From assembly GCA_947595925.1 (NCBI GenBank), contig CANQEV010000006.1, positions 12,220-76,219 on the forward strand: a DNA stretch of 64,000 bases, written 5' to 3'. The notes beneath the pieces are model-generated. The model worked only from the letters and a program-made list of their open reading frames with translations, made no database searches and was not told the origin of the DNA. The position numbers and the translations under genes are program-made. Below are positions 39,096-49,180 of the stretch, in pieces. How positions within the stretch are numbered: the stretch's first letter is position 1; each line of letters opens with the position of its first letter. This DNA is from an uncultured Acetatifactor sp. (GTDB lineage: Bacteria > Bacillota > Clostridia > Lachnospirales > Lachnospiraceae).

Positions 39096-40769
39096 ATGAT
39101 CAGCGATAACGCGAGAGCCGGTATGCAGCAGGCACCGGCGAGAAGTTTGTTTAACGCTCTGGGATTTACTCCGGAGGAGATGAAAAAGCCCATGGTCGGC
39201 ATCGTGAGCTCCTATAATGAGATCGTTCCCGGCCACATGAATCTGGACAAGATCGTGGACGCCGTGAAGCTGGGCGTCGCGGAGGCAGGGGGCGTGCCCG
39301 TGGTATTTCCCGCCATCGCGGTCTGCGACGGCATCGCCATGGGGCATATCGGAATGAAGTATTCCCTGGTGACCAGGGATCTGATCGCGGATTCCACGGA
39401 ATGTATGGCCATCGCTCATCAATTTGACGCCCTGGTGATGGTGCCAAACTGTGATAAGAATGTGCCCGGTTTACTCATGGCCGCGGCAAGGCTGAACCTT
39501 CCCACGGTGTTCGTCTCCGGCGGTCCCATGCTGGCGGGCCATGTGAAGGGGCAGAAGAGAAGCCTTTCCTCCATGTTTGAGGCGGTGGGCTCCTATGCGG
39601 CGGGCACCATGACGGAGGAGGATGTCTGCGAGTTTGAGAACAAGGTCTGCCCTACCTGCGGATCCTGCTCCGGCATGTATACGGCAAATTCCATGAACTG
39701 TCTGACGGAGGCTCTGGGAATGGGACTCCGGGGGAACGGCACCATCCCGGCGGTCTACTCTGAGCGCATCAAGCTGGCGAAGCATGCCGGTATGGCGGTG
39801 ATGGAACTGGTAAAGAAGAATATCCGCGCAAGGGACATCATCACGAAGGAGGCTATTTTAAATGCCCTGACCGTGGACATGGCCCTGGGGTGCTCCACAA
39901 ACTCCATGCTGCATCTTCCCGCCATCGCCCACGAGATCGGTTTTGACTTTGACATCAGCTTTGCGAACCCCATCAGCGAGAAGACGCCGAACCTCTGCCA
40001 TCTCGCTCCGGCGGGCCCTACCTATATGGAAGATCTGAACGAGGCGGGGGGCGTGTACGCCGTGATGAAGGAGCTGGCGGACATCGGACTTTTGAATACG
40101 GAGTGTATGACGGTTACGGGCAAGACCATCGGGGAGAACATCGCGGGAGCAGTGAACCGCAATCCCGAGGTGATCCGCCCCGTGGACAATCCTTACAGCA
40201 AGACCGGCGGCCTGGCTGTCCTGAAGGGAAATCTTGCGCCGGACGGTTCCGTGGTGAAGCGTTCTGCCGTGGTTCCCGAGATGATGGTCCATCAGGGACC
40301 TGCCCGGGTGTTCGACTGCGAGGAGGACGCTATCGCCGCCATCAAGAGCGGAAAGATCGTTCCAGGGGACGTGGTGGTCATCCGCTATGAGGGGCCCAAG
40401 GGCGGTCCCGGCATGCGCGAGATGCTGAATCCCACCTCCGCCATCGCGGGCATGGGCCTTGGCTCCAGCGTTGCGCTGATCACGGACGGCCGTTTCTCCG
40501 GGGCTTCCCGAGGAGCTTCCATCGGTCATGTCTCCCCGGAGGCAGCTGTGGGCGGTCCCATCGCCCTGGTGGAAGAGGGGGACATGATCAGCATCGATAT
40601 CCCCGGCCTGAAGCTGGAGCTTCTGGTGTCCGACGAGGTACTGGCTGAGCGCCGGGCAAAGTGGCAGCCCAGACAGCCCCAGGTGACCACAGGCTACCTC
40701 ACCAGATATTGCGAGATGGTGACCAGCGGCAACCGCGGCGCAGTTCTGGAGATTCCCAAAGGTCGATAA
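39096..40769 (+). CDS. ilvD: Dihydroxy-acid dehydratase
   Basis: [21 protein letters not shown] and TDGRFSG. Confidence 0.95.
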   Translation: MISDNARAGMQQAPARSLFNALGFTPEEMKKPMVGIVSSYNEIVPGHMNLDKIVDAVKLGVAEAGGVPVVFPAIAVCDGIAMGHIGMKYSLVTRDLIADSTECMAIAHQFDALVMVPNCDKNVPGLLMAAARLNLPTVFVSGGPMLAGHVKGQKRSLSSMFEAVGSYAAGTMTEEDVCEFENKVCPTCGSCSGMYTANSMNCLTEALGMGLRGNGTIPAVYSERIKLAKHAGMAVMELVKKNIRARDIITKEAILNALTVDMALGCSTNSMLHLPAIAHEIGFDFDISFANPISEKTPNLCHLAPAGPTYMEDLNEAGGVYAVMKELADIGLLNTECMTVTGKTIGENIAGAVNRNPEVIRPVDNPYSKTGGLAVLKGNLAPDGSVVKRSAVVPEMMVHQGPARVFDCEEDAIAAIKSGKIVPGDVVVIRYEGPKGGPGMREMLNPTSAIAGMGLGSSVALITDGRFSGASRGASIGHVSPEAAVGGPIALVEEGDMISIDIPGLKLELLVSDEVLAERRAKWQPRQPQVTTGYLTRYCEMVTSGNRGAVLEIPKGR

Positions 40770-40801
40770 TGGAAAGAAACAAGCTATAAAAGGAGAGTCA
40801 T

Positions 40802-42481
40802 ATGCAGTTAAATGGTTCGGAAATAGTAGTGGAATGTCTGAAAGAACAGGGGGTGGATACGGTCTTCGGGTATCCCGGGGGAACGATCCTGAACATTTAT
40901 GACGCCCTGTATAAGCACAGCGGGGAGATACGCCATATCCTGACCAGCCATGAGCAGGGTGCTGCTCACGCGGCGGACGGCTACGCCAGGGCCACCGGCA
41001 AGGTCGGGGTCTGCATGGCAACCAGCGGCCCTGGCGCCACGAATCTGGTCACCGGCATCGCCACGGCCTATATGGATTCGATCCCTCTTGTGGCGATCAC
41101 GGCCAATGTGGCCCTGCCCATGCTGGGGAAGGATACCTTCCAGGAGATCGATATCGCGGGCGTCACCATGCCCATCACAAAGCACGGCTATATCGTAAAG
41201 AGTGTGGAGGACCTTGCCCCTGTGATCCGGGAGGCGTTCCACATTGCAAGGAGCGGCAGGCCCGGCCCCGTCCTGGTGGACATCACCAAGGACGTCACGG
41301 CGGCGGTCTGCGAGTACCTGCCGGAGAAACCCGTCTATGACGAGCCCTCCGTATCCTATGCGGAGGAGGATTTGAACAGGGCACTCGGGTATATCAAGGA
41401 GTCCAAAAAGCCCTTTATCTACCTGGGCGGCGGCGCCATCATCTCCGGGGCTTCCGAGGAAGTAAAGGCATTTGCGGATCTGATCGACGCCCCCGTGTGC
41501 GACACCCTGATGGCAAAGGGAGCCTTCGACGGATACAGCCCCCGCTACACCGGCATGATCGGCATGCACGGCACAAAGGCGTCGAATTACGGAGTCAGCC
41601 AGTGCGACCTGCTGATCGCTCTGGGAGCCAGGTTTTCGGACCGCGTGATCGGCAATCCCAAGCGCTTCGCGGAGAACGCGAAGGTGATCCACATCGACAT
41701 CGACCGGGCGGAGATCAATAAGAACATCCGGGTGGATGCGGCGCTGGTGGGCGATCTGAAGACCGTCCTGAAGGAACTGAACCGTAAATTAGAAAAGAAG
41801 GACAACAGTGAGTGGATGGCGCACATCCAGGAGCTGAAGGAAAAGTACCCCCTGAAGTATGACACGGAAAACCTCTCCTGTCCCTATGTGATCCAGGAGA
41901 TCGACCGTATTACGAAGGGGCAGGCCATCATCACCACGGATGTGGGCCAGCATCAGATGTGGGCGGCCCAGTATTACCGCTATACAAAGCCTCGGACCTT
42001 CCTGTCCTCCGGCGGCCTTGGCACCATGGGCTACGGCCTGGGAGCCTGCATCGGGGCCCAGGTGGGACAGCCCGACAAGATCTGCATCAACATTGCCGGC
42101 GACGGGTGCTTCCGGATGAACATGAACGAGCTGGCTACGGCGAGCCGCTACAATATCCCCATCGTGCAGGTGGTGATCAACAATCATGTGCTGGGCATGG
42201 TGCGCCAGTGGCAGACGCTCTTTTATGGGAAGCGCTATTCCCAGACGGTCCTGAGCGACAAGGTGGATTTCTGCAAGGTCGCGGAAGGGTTGGGCTGCGA
42301 GGCCATCCGCGTCACAAAGAAAGAGGAGGCTGCGCCTGCCATCGAGAAGGCCATCGCCTTAAAGAAACCTGTCCTGGTGGAGGTCGTGATCCCCGAGGAC
42401 GACAAGGTGTTCCCCATGGTTCCTGCGGGAGCGCCTATCAGCGAAGCATTTGACGGAGATGACTTAAAAGAGGAATCCTGA
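40802..42481 (+). CDS. ilvB: Acetolactate synthase, large (catalytic) subunit
   Basis: GYPGG, the TPP-binding GGLGTMGYGLGA...GDG..MN motif, 559 aa. Confidence 0.9.
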   Translation: MQLNGSEIVVECLKEQGVDTVFGYPGGTILNIYDALYKHSGEIRHILTSHEQGAAHAADGYARATGKVGVCMATSGPGATNLVTGIATAYMDSIPLVAITANVALPMLGKDTFQEIDIAGVTMPITKHGYIVKSVEDLAPVIREAFHIARSGRPGPVLVDITKDVTAAVCEYLPEKPVYDEPSVSYAEEDLNRALGYIKESKKPFIYLGGGAIISGASEEVKAFADLIDAPVCDTLMAKGAFDGYSPRYTGMIGMHGTKASNYGVSQCDLLIALGARFSDRVIGNPKRFAENAKVIHIDIDRAEINKNIRVDAALVGDLKTVLKELNRKLEKKDNSEWMAHIQELKEKYPLKYDTENLSCPYVIQEIDRITKGQAIITTDVGQHQMWAAQYYRYTKPRTFLSSGGLGTMGYGLGACIGAQVGQPDKICINIAGDGCFRMNMNELATASRYNIPIVQVVINNHVLGMVRQWQTLFYGKRYSQTVLSDKVDFCKVAEGLGCEAIRVTKKEEAAPAIEKAIALKKPVLVEVVIPEDDKVFPMVPAGAPISEAFDGDDLKEES

Positions 42482-43887
42482 TGAGAAGAAAGAGGATCCT
42501 GATCCCTCTGATCTGCGTGATGGCCGGCATTGGTCTGGGAGCGGGGGGATATTGCGCGGCAGACAGCTATTTTCAAGACAGGTTCGGACCCAACACCTGG
42601 GCGGGAGATATCTACTGTACCGGGAAGACGGTGGAGGAAGTGAACCGGGAACTCATCGCCCAGGTGCAATCCCCCGTCGTCACCGTAACGGGGAGCCAGG
42701 GCGAAAGCTATGCGCTGAACCTTGACGAGGCGGATTACAGGTATGACTTTACGGAAGTGCTCCGCTCTTTCCAGAAAAATCAGGCGAATACGAGCTGGAT
42801 CGAAACCATGCAGTCCAGACACGAGATCTCCTTTGGCGCGCTGCAGGCAGACTTTGACAGACAGAAGGTGGAAGCGTGGTGGGAGAAACTTCCCATGGTC
42901 CGGGCGGAGGAAGCCAAGCCCTTCCTGGAGCTTGCTTTGGAGGAGGATGGCTATACGCTCCACAGCACCCTGGAGGGGCATCTGGATGTGGAAAAGGGCC
43001 TGGAGTGCCTGATCGCCGCAGTGGAACAGGGGGAGACGGAGATCTCTCTGACATCGGACTGTTATTTCGACTATCCCATGAACGCCACGCAAAAGCAGGT
43101 CTATCAGCAGTGGAAGGCCCTGAACGACATGGAACAGTGCGGACTCATTTATGATATGGGCGCGGAACAGATCGTCTTTGACGAGGGGCTGATGAGCCGG
43201 TTTATCGCGAAGGATGAGGAAGGGAATCCCCTGTATGACGAAGAGGGTAAGCCCTACTATGACCACGACGCGGTGGACGCTTACATAGAAGAGCTCTGCG
43301 GGGAATACCAAACTTACGGCGTGGAGCATGATTTCCCGAGCAGCCGCGGGGAGACGGTGCGGGTGACAGGAAAGACCTACGGCACGGAACTGAATGTGAA
43401 GAAGGAAAAACAGTTCCTCTGGGAGTATCTCAGCGATGAAGAGAGCAGACTTTCAGAAACCGTGCATGTGCCGGTCTATGTTCACGACACGCCCGTCCAC
43501 GGACGGGACGACGTCGGCGGCACCTATATCGAAGTGGATCTGGGAGAACAGAAGCTTTACTATTACATAGACAGGGAACTGCAGATTCAGTCGGATATCG
43601 TCAGCGGCAATTTGAGGACGCGCCACAATACACCGGAGGGAGTGTTCGCGATTTACTATAAATCCCAAAACACGGTCCTTCGAGGCCCGGGGTACGCGTC
43701 CCGGGTGAGGCGCTGGATGGCGGTGTACCGGGGGATCGGACTCCACGACGCGAGCTGGAGGGATGCCTTTGGCGGGGATATCTATGAGACGGACGGTTCC
43801 CACGGCTGCATCAATCTTCCGGATGAAACCGCGGATTTCCTATACGACCATGCGGAGATCGGGACGCCGGTGATCATGTATTACTGA
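42481..43887 (+). CDS. L,D-transpeptidase family protein (YkuD domain) with an N-terminal TM
   Basis: The C-terminal YkuD catalytic pattern GLHDASW....GSHGCINLP. Its start overlaps the ilvB stop (TGATG). Confidence 0.85.
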   Translation: MRRKRILIPLICVMAGIGLGAGGYCAADSYFQDRFGPNTWAGDIYCTGKTVEEVNRELIAQVQSPVVTVTGSQGESYALNLDEADYRYDFTEVLRSFQKNQANTSWIETMQSRHEISFGALQADFDRQKVEAWWEKLPMVRAEEAKPFLELALEEDGYTLHSTLEGHLDVEKGLECLIAAVEQGETEISLTSDCYFDYPMNATQKQVYQQWKALNDMEQCGLIYDMGAEQIVFDEGLMSRFIAKDEEGNPLYDEEGKPYYDHDAVDAYIEELCGEYQTYGVEHDFPSSRGETVRVTGKTYGTELNVKKEKQFLWEYLSDEESRLSETVHVPVYVHDTPVHGRDDVGGTYIEVDLGEQKLYYYIDRELQIQSDIVSGNLRTRHNTPEGVFAIYYKSQNTVLRGPGYASRVRRWMAVYRGIGLHDASWRDAFGGDIYETDGSHGCINLPDETADFLYDHAEIGTPVIMYY

Positions 43888-43963
43888 GCCGGCGGCATCC
43901 TTGGCAGGGAGGACGGCTGTGATATCTTGCGGGAAATATGCGCATAACAGTTTATCAATTTAG

Positions 43964-43992
43964 TTGACAAAAGTCCAAAAGAAGATTATTCT
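43964..43992 (+). promoter_or_regulatory. SigA-type promoter upstream of serC
   Basis: TTGACA (43964-43969), 17-nt spacer, TATTCT (43987-43992). Confidence 0.4.
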
Positions 43993-44040
43993 TATATCTA
44001 ATGAATTGACAAACCGAAAAGATACAGGAGGATATGAATT

Positions 44041-45123
44041 ATGGCAAGAGTGTACAATTTCTCGGCGGGGCCCGCAGTTCTGCCAGAGGAAGTGCTGAAG
44101 GAAGCCGCTGACGAGATGCTGGACTACCGGGGGACAGGAATGTCCGTTATGGAGATGAGCCACCGCTCCAAGGCTTACGAGACGATCATCAAAGAGGCGG
44201 AGGCGGATCTCAGGGATCTGATGAACATTCCCGACAATTATAAGGTATTGTTCCTGCAGGGCGGAGCCAGCCAGCAGTTCGCCATGATTCCCATGAACCT
44301 GATGAAGAACCGGAAGGCCGCCTATATCGTAACCGGCCAGTGGGCGAAGAAAGCCTACCAGGAGGCGAAGATCTACGGCGAGGCGGTGGAAGTGGCTTCC
44401 TCCGCAGACAAGACCTTCTCCTACATCCCGGACTGCTCGGATCTGGATATCCCCGAGGATGCCGACTATGTCTATATCTGTGAGAACAATACGATCTACG
44501 GGACAAAGTTCAAGACCCTTCCCAACACCAAGGGAAAGACTCTGGTGGCGGATGTCTCCAGCTGTTTCCTCTCTGAGCCTGTGGACGTTACCAAATACGG
44601 CCTGATCTACGGCGGCGTGCAGAAGAACATCGGACCCGCCGGCGTTGTCATCGTGATCATCCGCGAGGATCTGATCACCGAGGACACCCTTCCGGGTACG
44701 CCCACCATGCTGAAATACAAGATCCACGCGGACAACGGCAGCCTTTACAACACCCCTCCCGCATACGGCATCTATATCTGCGGCAAGGTGTTTAAGTGGC
44801 TGAAGAAGATGGGCGGCCTGGAGGCGATGAAGAAGCGCAACGAGGAAAAGGCGAAGATCCTGTATGATTTCCTGGATCAGAGCAAGCTCTTTAAGGGCAC
44901 CGTCCGCAAGGAGGACCGCTCCCTGATGAACGTTCCCTTTGTCACCGGGAACGAGGAACTGGACGCGAAATTCGTGAAGGAAGCCAAGGAGGCGGGCTTT
45001 GAGAACCTGAAAGGCCACAGGACCGTCGGCGGCATGCGCGCCAGCATCTACAACGCCATGCCCATCGAAGGCGTTCAGAAGCTTGTGGAGTTTATGAAGA
45101 AGTTCGAAGAGGAGAATGCGTAA
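44041..45123 (+). CDS. serC: Phosphoserine aminotransferase
   Basis: NFSAGPAVLP, the PLP-lysine region GGVQKNIGPAG, 360 aa. Confidence 0.95.
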   Translation: MARVYNFSAGPAVLPEEVLKEAADEMLDYRGTGMSVMEMSHRSKAYETIIKEAEADLRDLMNIPDNYKVLFLQGGASQQFAMIPMNLMKNRKAAYIVTGQWAKKAYQEAKIYGEAVEVASSADKTFSYIPDCSDLDIPEDADYVYICENNTIYGTKFKTLPNTKGKTLVADVSSCFLSEPVDVTKYGLIYGGVQKNIGPAGVVIVIIREDLITEDTLPGTPTMLKYKIHADNGSLYNTPPAYGIYICGKVFKWLKKMGGLEAMKKRNEEKAKILYDFLDQSKLFKGTVRKEDRSLMNVPFVTGNEELDAKFVKEAKEAGFENLKGHRTVGGMRASIYNAMPIEGVQKLVEFMKKFEEENA

Positions 45124-46286
45124 TGTATAAGATCAACTGCTTAAATCCCATCGCACAGGTTGGATTGAAAAATTTCAGCTCCGAGTATCAGATGACCCAG
45201 AACGCGGAGGATGCGGACGGCATTCTGGTGAGAAGCGCATCCATGCATGAGATGGAGCTCCCGGACCGTCTGCTGGCGGTAGCCCGGGCCGGTGCCGGCG
45301 TGAACAATATTCCGCTGGATAAGTGCGCTGAGAAGGGGATCGTGGTGTTTAACACCCCCGGTGCCAATGCCAACGGCGTAAAGGAACTGGTGCTCGCCGG
45401 AATGTTTCTGGCAGCAAGAGATATCGTGGGCGGCATCGAGTGGGTGAAGGCGAACAAGGGCAATGCGGACGTTGCGAAAGCCGCTGAAAAGGAAAAGAAG
45501 AACTTTGCGGGGACGGAGCTTCAGGGCAAGAAGCTGGGCGTGATCGGCCTGGGCGCCATCGGCGTGAAGGTTGCGAACGCTGCCATTAAGCTGGGCATGG
45601 AAGTGTACGGCTGCGATCCCTACCTTTCTGTGAACGGCGCGCTTCAGCTCGACAGGCACGTAAAGCCCGTGGCAAACCGCGACGACATTTATGCGGAGTG
45701 CGATTACATCACGATCCATGTGCCCCTCATGGATTCCACAAAGGGCATGATCGACCGGGAAGCCATCTCCAAGATGAAGGACGGCGTGGTGATCCTGAAC
45801 TTTGCCAGGGATCTTCTCGCAAACGAGGAGGACGTTCTGGAGGGGATCAAGAACGGCAAGATTGCCCGCTATGTCTCCGATTTCCCCAACGCGACCACGG
45901 CAGGCCAGCCCGGCTGCATCGTGATCCCTCACCTGGGAGCCAGCACGGAGGAGAGCGAGGACAACTGCGCGGTGATGGCCGTCCAGGAGATCATGGACTA
46001 TCTGGAGAACGGCAATATCCGGAACAGCGTCAACTATCCCGCCTGCGACATGGGGGACTGCACGGGGGACAGCCGTATCGCCATCTTCCATAAGAACACC
46101 GCGAATATGATCACCAAGTTTACCGGGGAGTTCGGCGCAAAGGGGATCAACATCAACAACATGATGAACAAATCCCGGGGAGAGTATGCTTACACCATGT
46201 TCGACATCGAGGCTCCGGCATCTGCTGAGGCGATTCAAAATCTGGAAGCCATCGAGGGCGTGTTCCGCGTTCGTGTCGTAAAATAA
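45123..46286 (+). CDS. serA: D-3-phosphoglycerate dehydrogenase (with a C-terminal ACT-like domain)
   Basis: NAD fold GVIGLGAIG, HLGAST, and TAATG start/stop overlap with serC. Confidence 0.92.
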   Translation: MYKINCLNPIAQVGLKNFSSEYQMTQNAEDADGILVRSASMHEMELPDRLLAVARAGAGVNNIPLDKCAEKGIVVFNTPGANANGVKELVLAGMFLAARDIVGGIEWVKANKGNADVAKAAEKEKKNFAGTELQGKKLGVIGLGAIGVKVANAAIKLGMEVYGCDPYLSVNGALQLDRHVKPVANRDDIYAECDYITIHVPLMDSTKGMIDREAISKMKDGVVILNFARDLLANEEDVLEGIKNGKIARYVSDFPNATTAGQPGCIVIPHLGASTEESEDNCAVMAVQEIMDYLENGNIRNSVNYPACDMGDCTGDSRIAIFHKNTANMITKFTGEFGAKGININNMMNKSRGEYAYTMFDIEAPASAEAIQNLEAIEGVFRVRVVK

Positions 46287-46404
46287 GCTTTGACTCTGGA
46301 AAAGGTTAAAAAGCAAAGGGCAATTAAAAGGAAAAAGGAAGAGTATATGAGAAGCTTCCTTGGCCGATCTTATGAATTGACATGATTAAAAAGAAGTAAA
46401 AAAT

Positions 46405-46444
46405 AACGCCGTCTTCGGAGAGTGATCCGGGGGCGGCGTTTTGA
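46405..46444. terminator. Bidirectional intrinsic terminator between convergent serA and the methyltransferase gene
   Basis: AACGCCG (46405-46411) pairs with CGGCGTT (46434-46440), extendable with G-U pairs on the + strand. It is flanked by an A-run on the 5' side and a T-run on the 3' side. Confidence 0.6.
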
Positions 46445-47389
46445 TTAGGGGACGGACTGCTCCTGGAAGGAATTGCGCTCCCAGAAAACCCCGTCCGCAT
46501 AGCCCTGAATCCTGGGATCCCGCTCCGCCGTTTCCAGGCGCTGCTCCGCCCAGACGCAGTATTGGGGCTGGGCCTCGACGCCGATATAGCGGCGGCCCAG
46601 CTTTTTTGCGACGACGCTGGTGGTGCCGGAGCCGAGAAAGGGATCCAGTACCAGATCCCCGGCGGAAGAGCTGGCCAGGAGCAGTTTTGCAATCAATTTT
46701 TCCGGCTTCTGGGTGGGGTGGGCCGTATTTTCCGGCATGGACCAGAAGGGGATCGTGATGTCGTCCCAAAAGTTAGAAGGACAGGTATCCCGGAAGTTGC
46801 CGTTCTCCGTCTCGGTCCAGCCCTTTGGCTTCCCGTCCACGCGGTAGGGGGCCACGACTTTTTTGCGGATCTTTACGGCGTTGAGATGAAAGGTGTAATG
46901 GTCCCCGTTTGTGGCAAACCAGATGTCCTCCATGCCGTTTTTCCAGTTCGCTTTCGCGCCCCGGCCCTTTTCCCGCTGCCAGGTGATGCGGTTCCGCACC
47001 TGAAAGAAGTCTTTCAGAACGCTCCCGATGATCAGGCTGGATTCCCAGTCGCAGCACACATAGATGGATCCCGTCTCTTTTAAGAGCGGCTTTACCGCGC
47101 TCAGCCACTTGCGGGTGTAGGCCTCATAGTCGGCGTCCTTTTTTTTCGAGAAAGTGGTCTTGTGAAAGGTCTTTGTGAGATTGTAGGGGGGATCCGCGAT
47201 GAGGAGATCGGCGCAGTTTTCCGGCAGAAGAGGGCAGACTTCCAGCATATCCCCCAGGATGGTTTTGTCCGTGACGGCGCTGAGATCCGTCTGCTTTTGC
47301 GTGAGCGTTACGCAGCGGTCCAGAAAGATCCGGCCCTCCTGAAGAGATGTGTCGATTGTCTTGTTTCTGGATTTTTTTTCTGCTGCCAT
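46445..47389 (-). CDS. Site-specific DNA methyltransferase, beta-class N6A/N4C family (YhdJ/CcrM-like)
   Basis: Catalytic LIADPPYNL precedes the AdoMet motif VLDPFLGSGTT. HPTQKPEKL matches E. coli YhdJ HPTQKPEAL. RBS AGGAGG. No restriction endonuclease candidate is adjacent. Confidence 0.88.
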   Translation of the reverse strand: MAAEKKSRNKTIDTSLQEGRIFLDRCVTLTQKQTDLSAVTDKTILGDMLEVCPLLPENCADLLIADPPYNLTKTFHKTTFSKKKDADYEAYTRKWLSAVKPLLKETGSIYVCCDWESSLIIGSVLKDFFQVRNRITWQREKGRGAKANWKNGMEDIWFATNGDHYTFHLNAVKIRKKVVAPYRVDGKPKGWTETENGNFRDTCPSNFWDDITIPFWSMPENTAHPTQKPEKLIAKLLLASSSAGDLVLDPFLGSGTTSVVAKKLGRRYIGVEAQPQYCVWAEQRLETAERDPRIQGYADGVFWERNSFQEQSVP

Positions 47390-47432
47390 CTAGAGCGGCC
47401 TCCTGAGGGTTTCGGATTTTCTTTCTGGTGGA

Positions 47433-47720
47433 TCAATAATTGTCCCGATAGAGCAGGGGCATGTCCTCCCCTTCGTTCAGGTCGCTGAGCTGGCTTTTCA
47501 GCTTCCGGTCGGAGGCACAGGCGGCCTCGCTCTGGATATCCATGTAGTGGATAAAGACGTCCTCCAGCTTCAGGCCCTTCTCCCGGGCGATCTCCTCCAT
47601 GACGGGTTTCAGTTTCTCCAGTTGAAAGGAAACGGGTGTCTTCTGGGGATCGATCTCCCCCAGCACTTCTTCGGCGTATTTGTTGATGCGGTCCAAGACC
47701 GCCTTGTCTTCGGCTGTCAT
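47433..47720 (-). CDS. Hypothetical acidic 95-aa protein, co-oriented upstream of the methyltransferase
   Basis: Strong RBS (AGGAGG 6 nt before the ATG) and a 43-nt gap to the methyltransferase start. No motif recognised. Confidence 0.55.
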   Translation of the reverse strand: MTAEDKAVLDRINKYAEEVLGEIDPQKTPVSFQLEKLKPVMEEIAREKGLKLEDVFIHYMDIQSEAACASDRKLKSQLSDLNEGEDMPLLYRDNY

Positions 47721-47866
47721 GTTTACCTCCTGTCCTCACAATCGATTTTGGCCGGCTTTTCTGTCGTCACCAAAGTTGATGCAAATTTTGTCAAAGCAGC
47801 AAGTCCTCATGTTTTATGGGGTCGAATGAACTTGCTGCACGCAAATAGTTTAACACAAAAATCGTA

Positions 47867-47895
47867 TTGTGCCTAGATAAATTTTTTGCTATAAT
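47867..47895 (+). promoter_or_regulatory. Extended -10 promoter for the DUF1015 gene
   Basis: TTGTGC (47867-47872), 17-nt spacer, TGcTATAAT (47887-47895). Confidence 0.55.
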
Positions 47896-47929
47896 GGGCG
47901 TGTATGAAAAAAACAAAAGGAGACAGAGT

Positions 47930-49177
47930 ATGGCGGATATCAGACCTTTCCGCGCTTTCCGGCCTGCAAAGGGACTGGAAAGCAGGATCGCGGCGCTGCC
48001 CTATGACGTGTATGACCGGCAGGAAGCCTGTGAAGTCGTGAAAAGAAATCCCATGTCCTTTCTGGCCATCGACCGGGCGGAGACCCAGTTCGGGCCGGAG
48101 ACCGATACCTATGCGCCCGAAGTGTACCTGAAGGCCAGGGACATGCTGCGGGAGAGGATAGAGGAGAAGAGCTTTATCCAGGAGGAGAAACCCTGTTATT
48201 ACCTCTACGAGCAGGTGATGGACGGCAGGAGCCAGACCGGGATCGTGGCCTGCGCCTCCATAGACGATTATCTGAACAACGTGATCCGGAAGCATGAGAA
48301 CACCCGGGCGGACAAGGAGCAGGACCGTATCCGACACGTGGATACCTGTAATATGCAGACGGGCCCCATCTTTCTGGCATATCGGGCCGGCGGGGTGCTT
48401 CGGGAAATCGTCCGGGAAGAAAAGCTTCGGGAGCCGGTATATGATTTCGTCTCGGAGGACGGTATCACCCATAGAGTCTGGGTGATCTCGGACGACGACC
48501 GGATCCGGGCCGTTCAAAAGGCATTTGAAGAGATCCCCGCGGTGTACATTGCGGACGGCCATCACCGCTGCGCCTCCGCCGTAAAGGTGGGGCTGATGCG
48601 CAGGGAAGCGGATCCGCACTATACGGGGGCGGAGGAATACAATTATTTCCTCGCCGTGCTGTTCCCGGACGAGGAACTGAAGATTCTTGATTACAACCGG
48701 GTCGTAAAAGACCTGAACGGATTATCTGAGGAATCCTTTCTGAGCAGAGCGGGGGAGGCCTTTGAGATAAAGGAGGCTCCGGCCGGACGGCCATACCGCC
48801 CTGAGGAAAAAGGAACTTTGGGAATGTACCTTGGGGGCAGGTGGTACATACTCAGGGCCAGGGATCATGTGCGCAGCGCAGATCCGGTAGATGGGCTTGA
48901 CGTCTCCATCCTGCAGAAACACATCCTGTCAAAGCTCCTGGGGATCCAGGATCCAAAGACGGACAAAAGGATCGATTTTATCGGCGGGATCCGGGGACTT
49001 GGGGAACTGGAGCGGAGATGCGGCGAGATGCCGGGGAGCGTCGCCTTCTCCCTGTATCCCACGTCCATAGAGGAACTGTTTGCGGTGGCGGACGCGGGGA
49101 GACTGATGCCCCCGAAATCCACCTGGTTTGAACCGAAACTTCGAAGCGGCTTATTCTTACATGATCTGGAGGGTTAG
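47930..49177 (+). CDS. DUF1015 family protein
   Basis: The N-terminus MADIRPFRAFRP...LPYDVY is typical of DUF1015. ATG at 47930 has AAGGAG upstream and lies downstream of the predicted promoter. Confidence 0.85.
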   Translation: MADIRPFRAFRPAKGLESRIAALPYDVYDRQEACEVVKRNPMSFLAIDRAETQFGPETDTYAPEVYLKARDMLRERIEEKSFIQEEKPCYYLYEQVMDGRSQTGIVACASIDDYLNNVIRKHENTRADKEQDRIRHVDTCNMQTGPIFLAYRAGGVLREIVREEKLREPVYDFVSEDGITHRVWVISDDDRIRAVQKAFEEIPAVYIADGHHRCASAVKVGLMRREADPHYTGAEEYNYFLAVLFPDEELKILDYNRVVKDLNGLSEESFLSRAGEAFEIKEAPAGRPYRPEEKGTLGMYLGGRWYILRARDHVRSADPVDGLDVSILQKHILSKLLGIQDPKTDKRIDFIGGIRGLGELERRCGEMPGSVAFSLYPTSIEELFAVADAGRLMPPKSTWFEPKLRSGLFLHDLEG

Positions 49178-49180
49178 AGT

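Noticed and set aside
43960-46316. 352-aa and 391-aa minus-strand ORFs antisense to serC and serA. Similar antisense ORFs lie over glgB (49805-50917), asd (55933-57282), manC (28592-29866), gmd (26500-27567) and mrpD (16525-17718).
   Set aside because: Each mirrors a confidently identified + strand gene, lacks an RBS, and has Arg/Gly/His/Pro-rich composition typical of the antisense frame of GC-rich genes.
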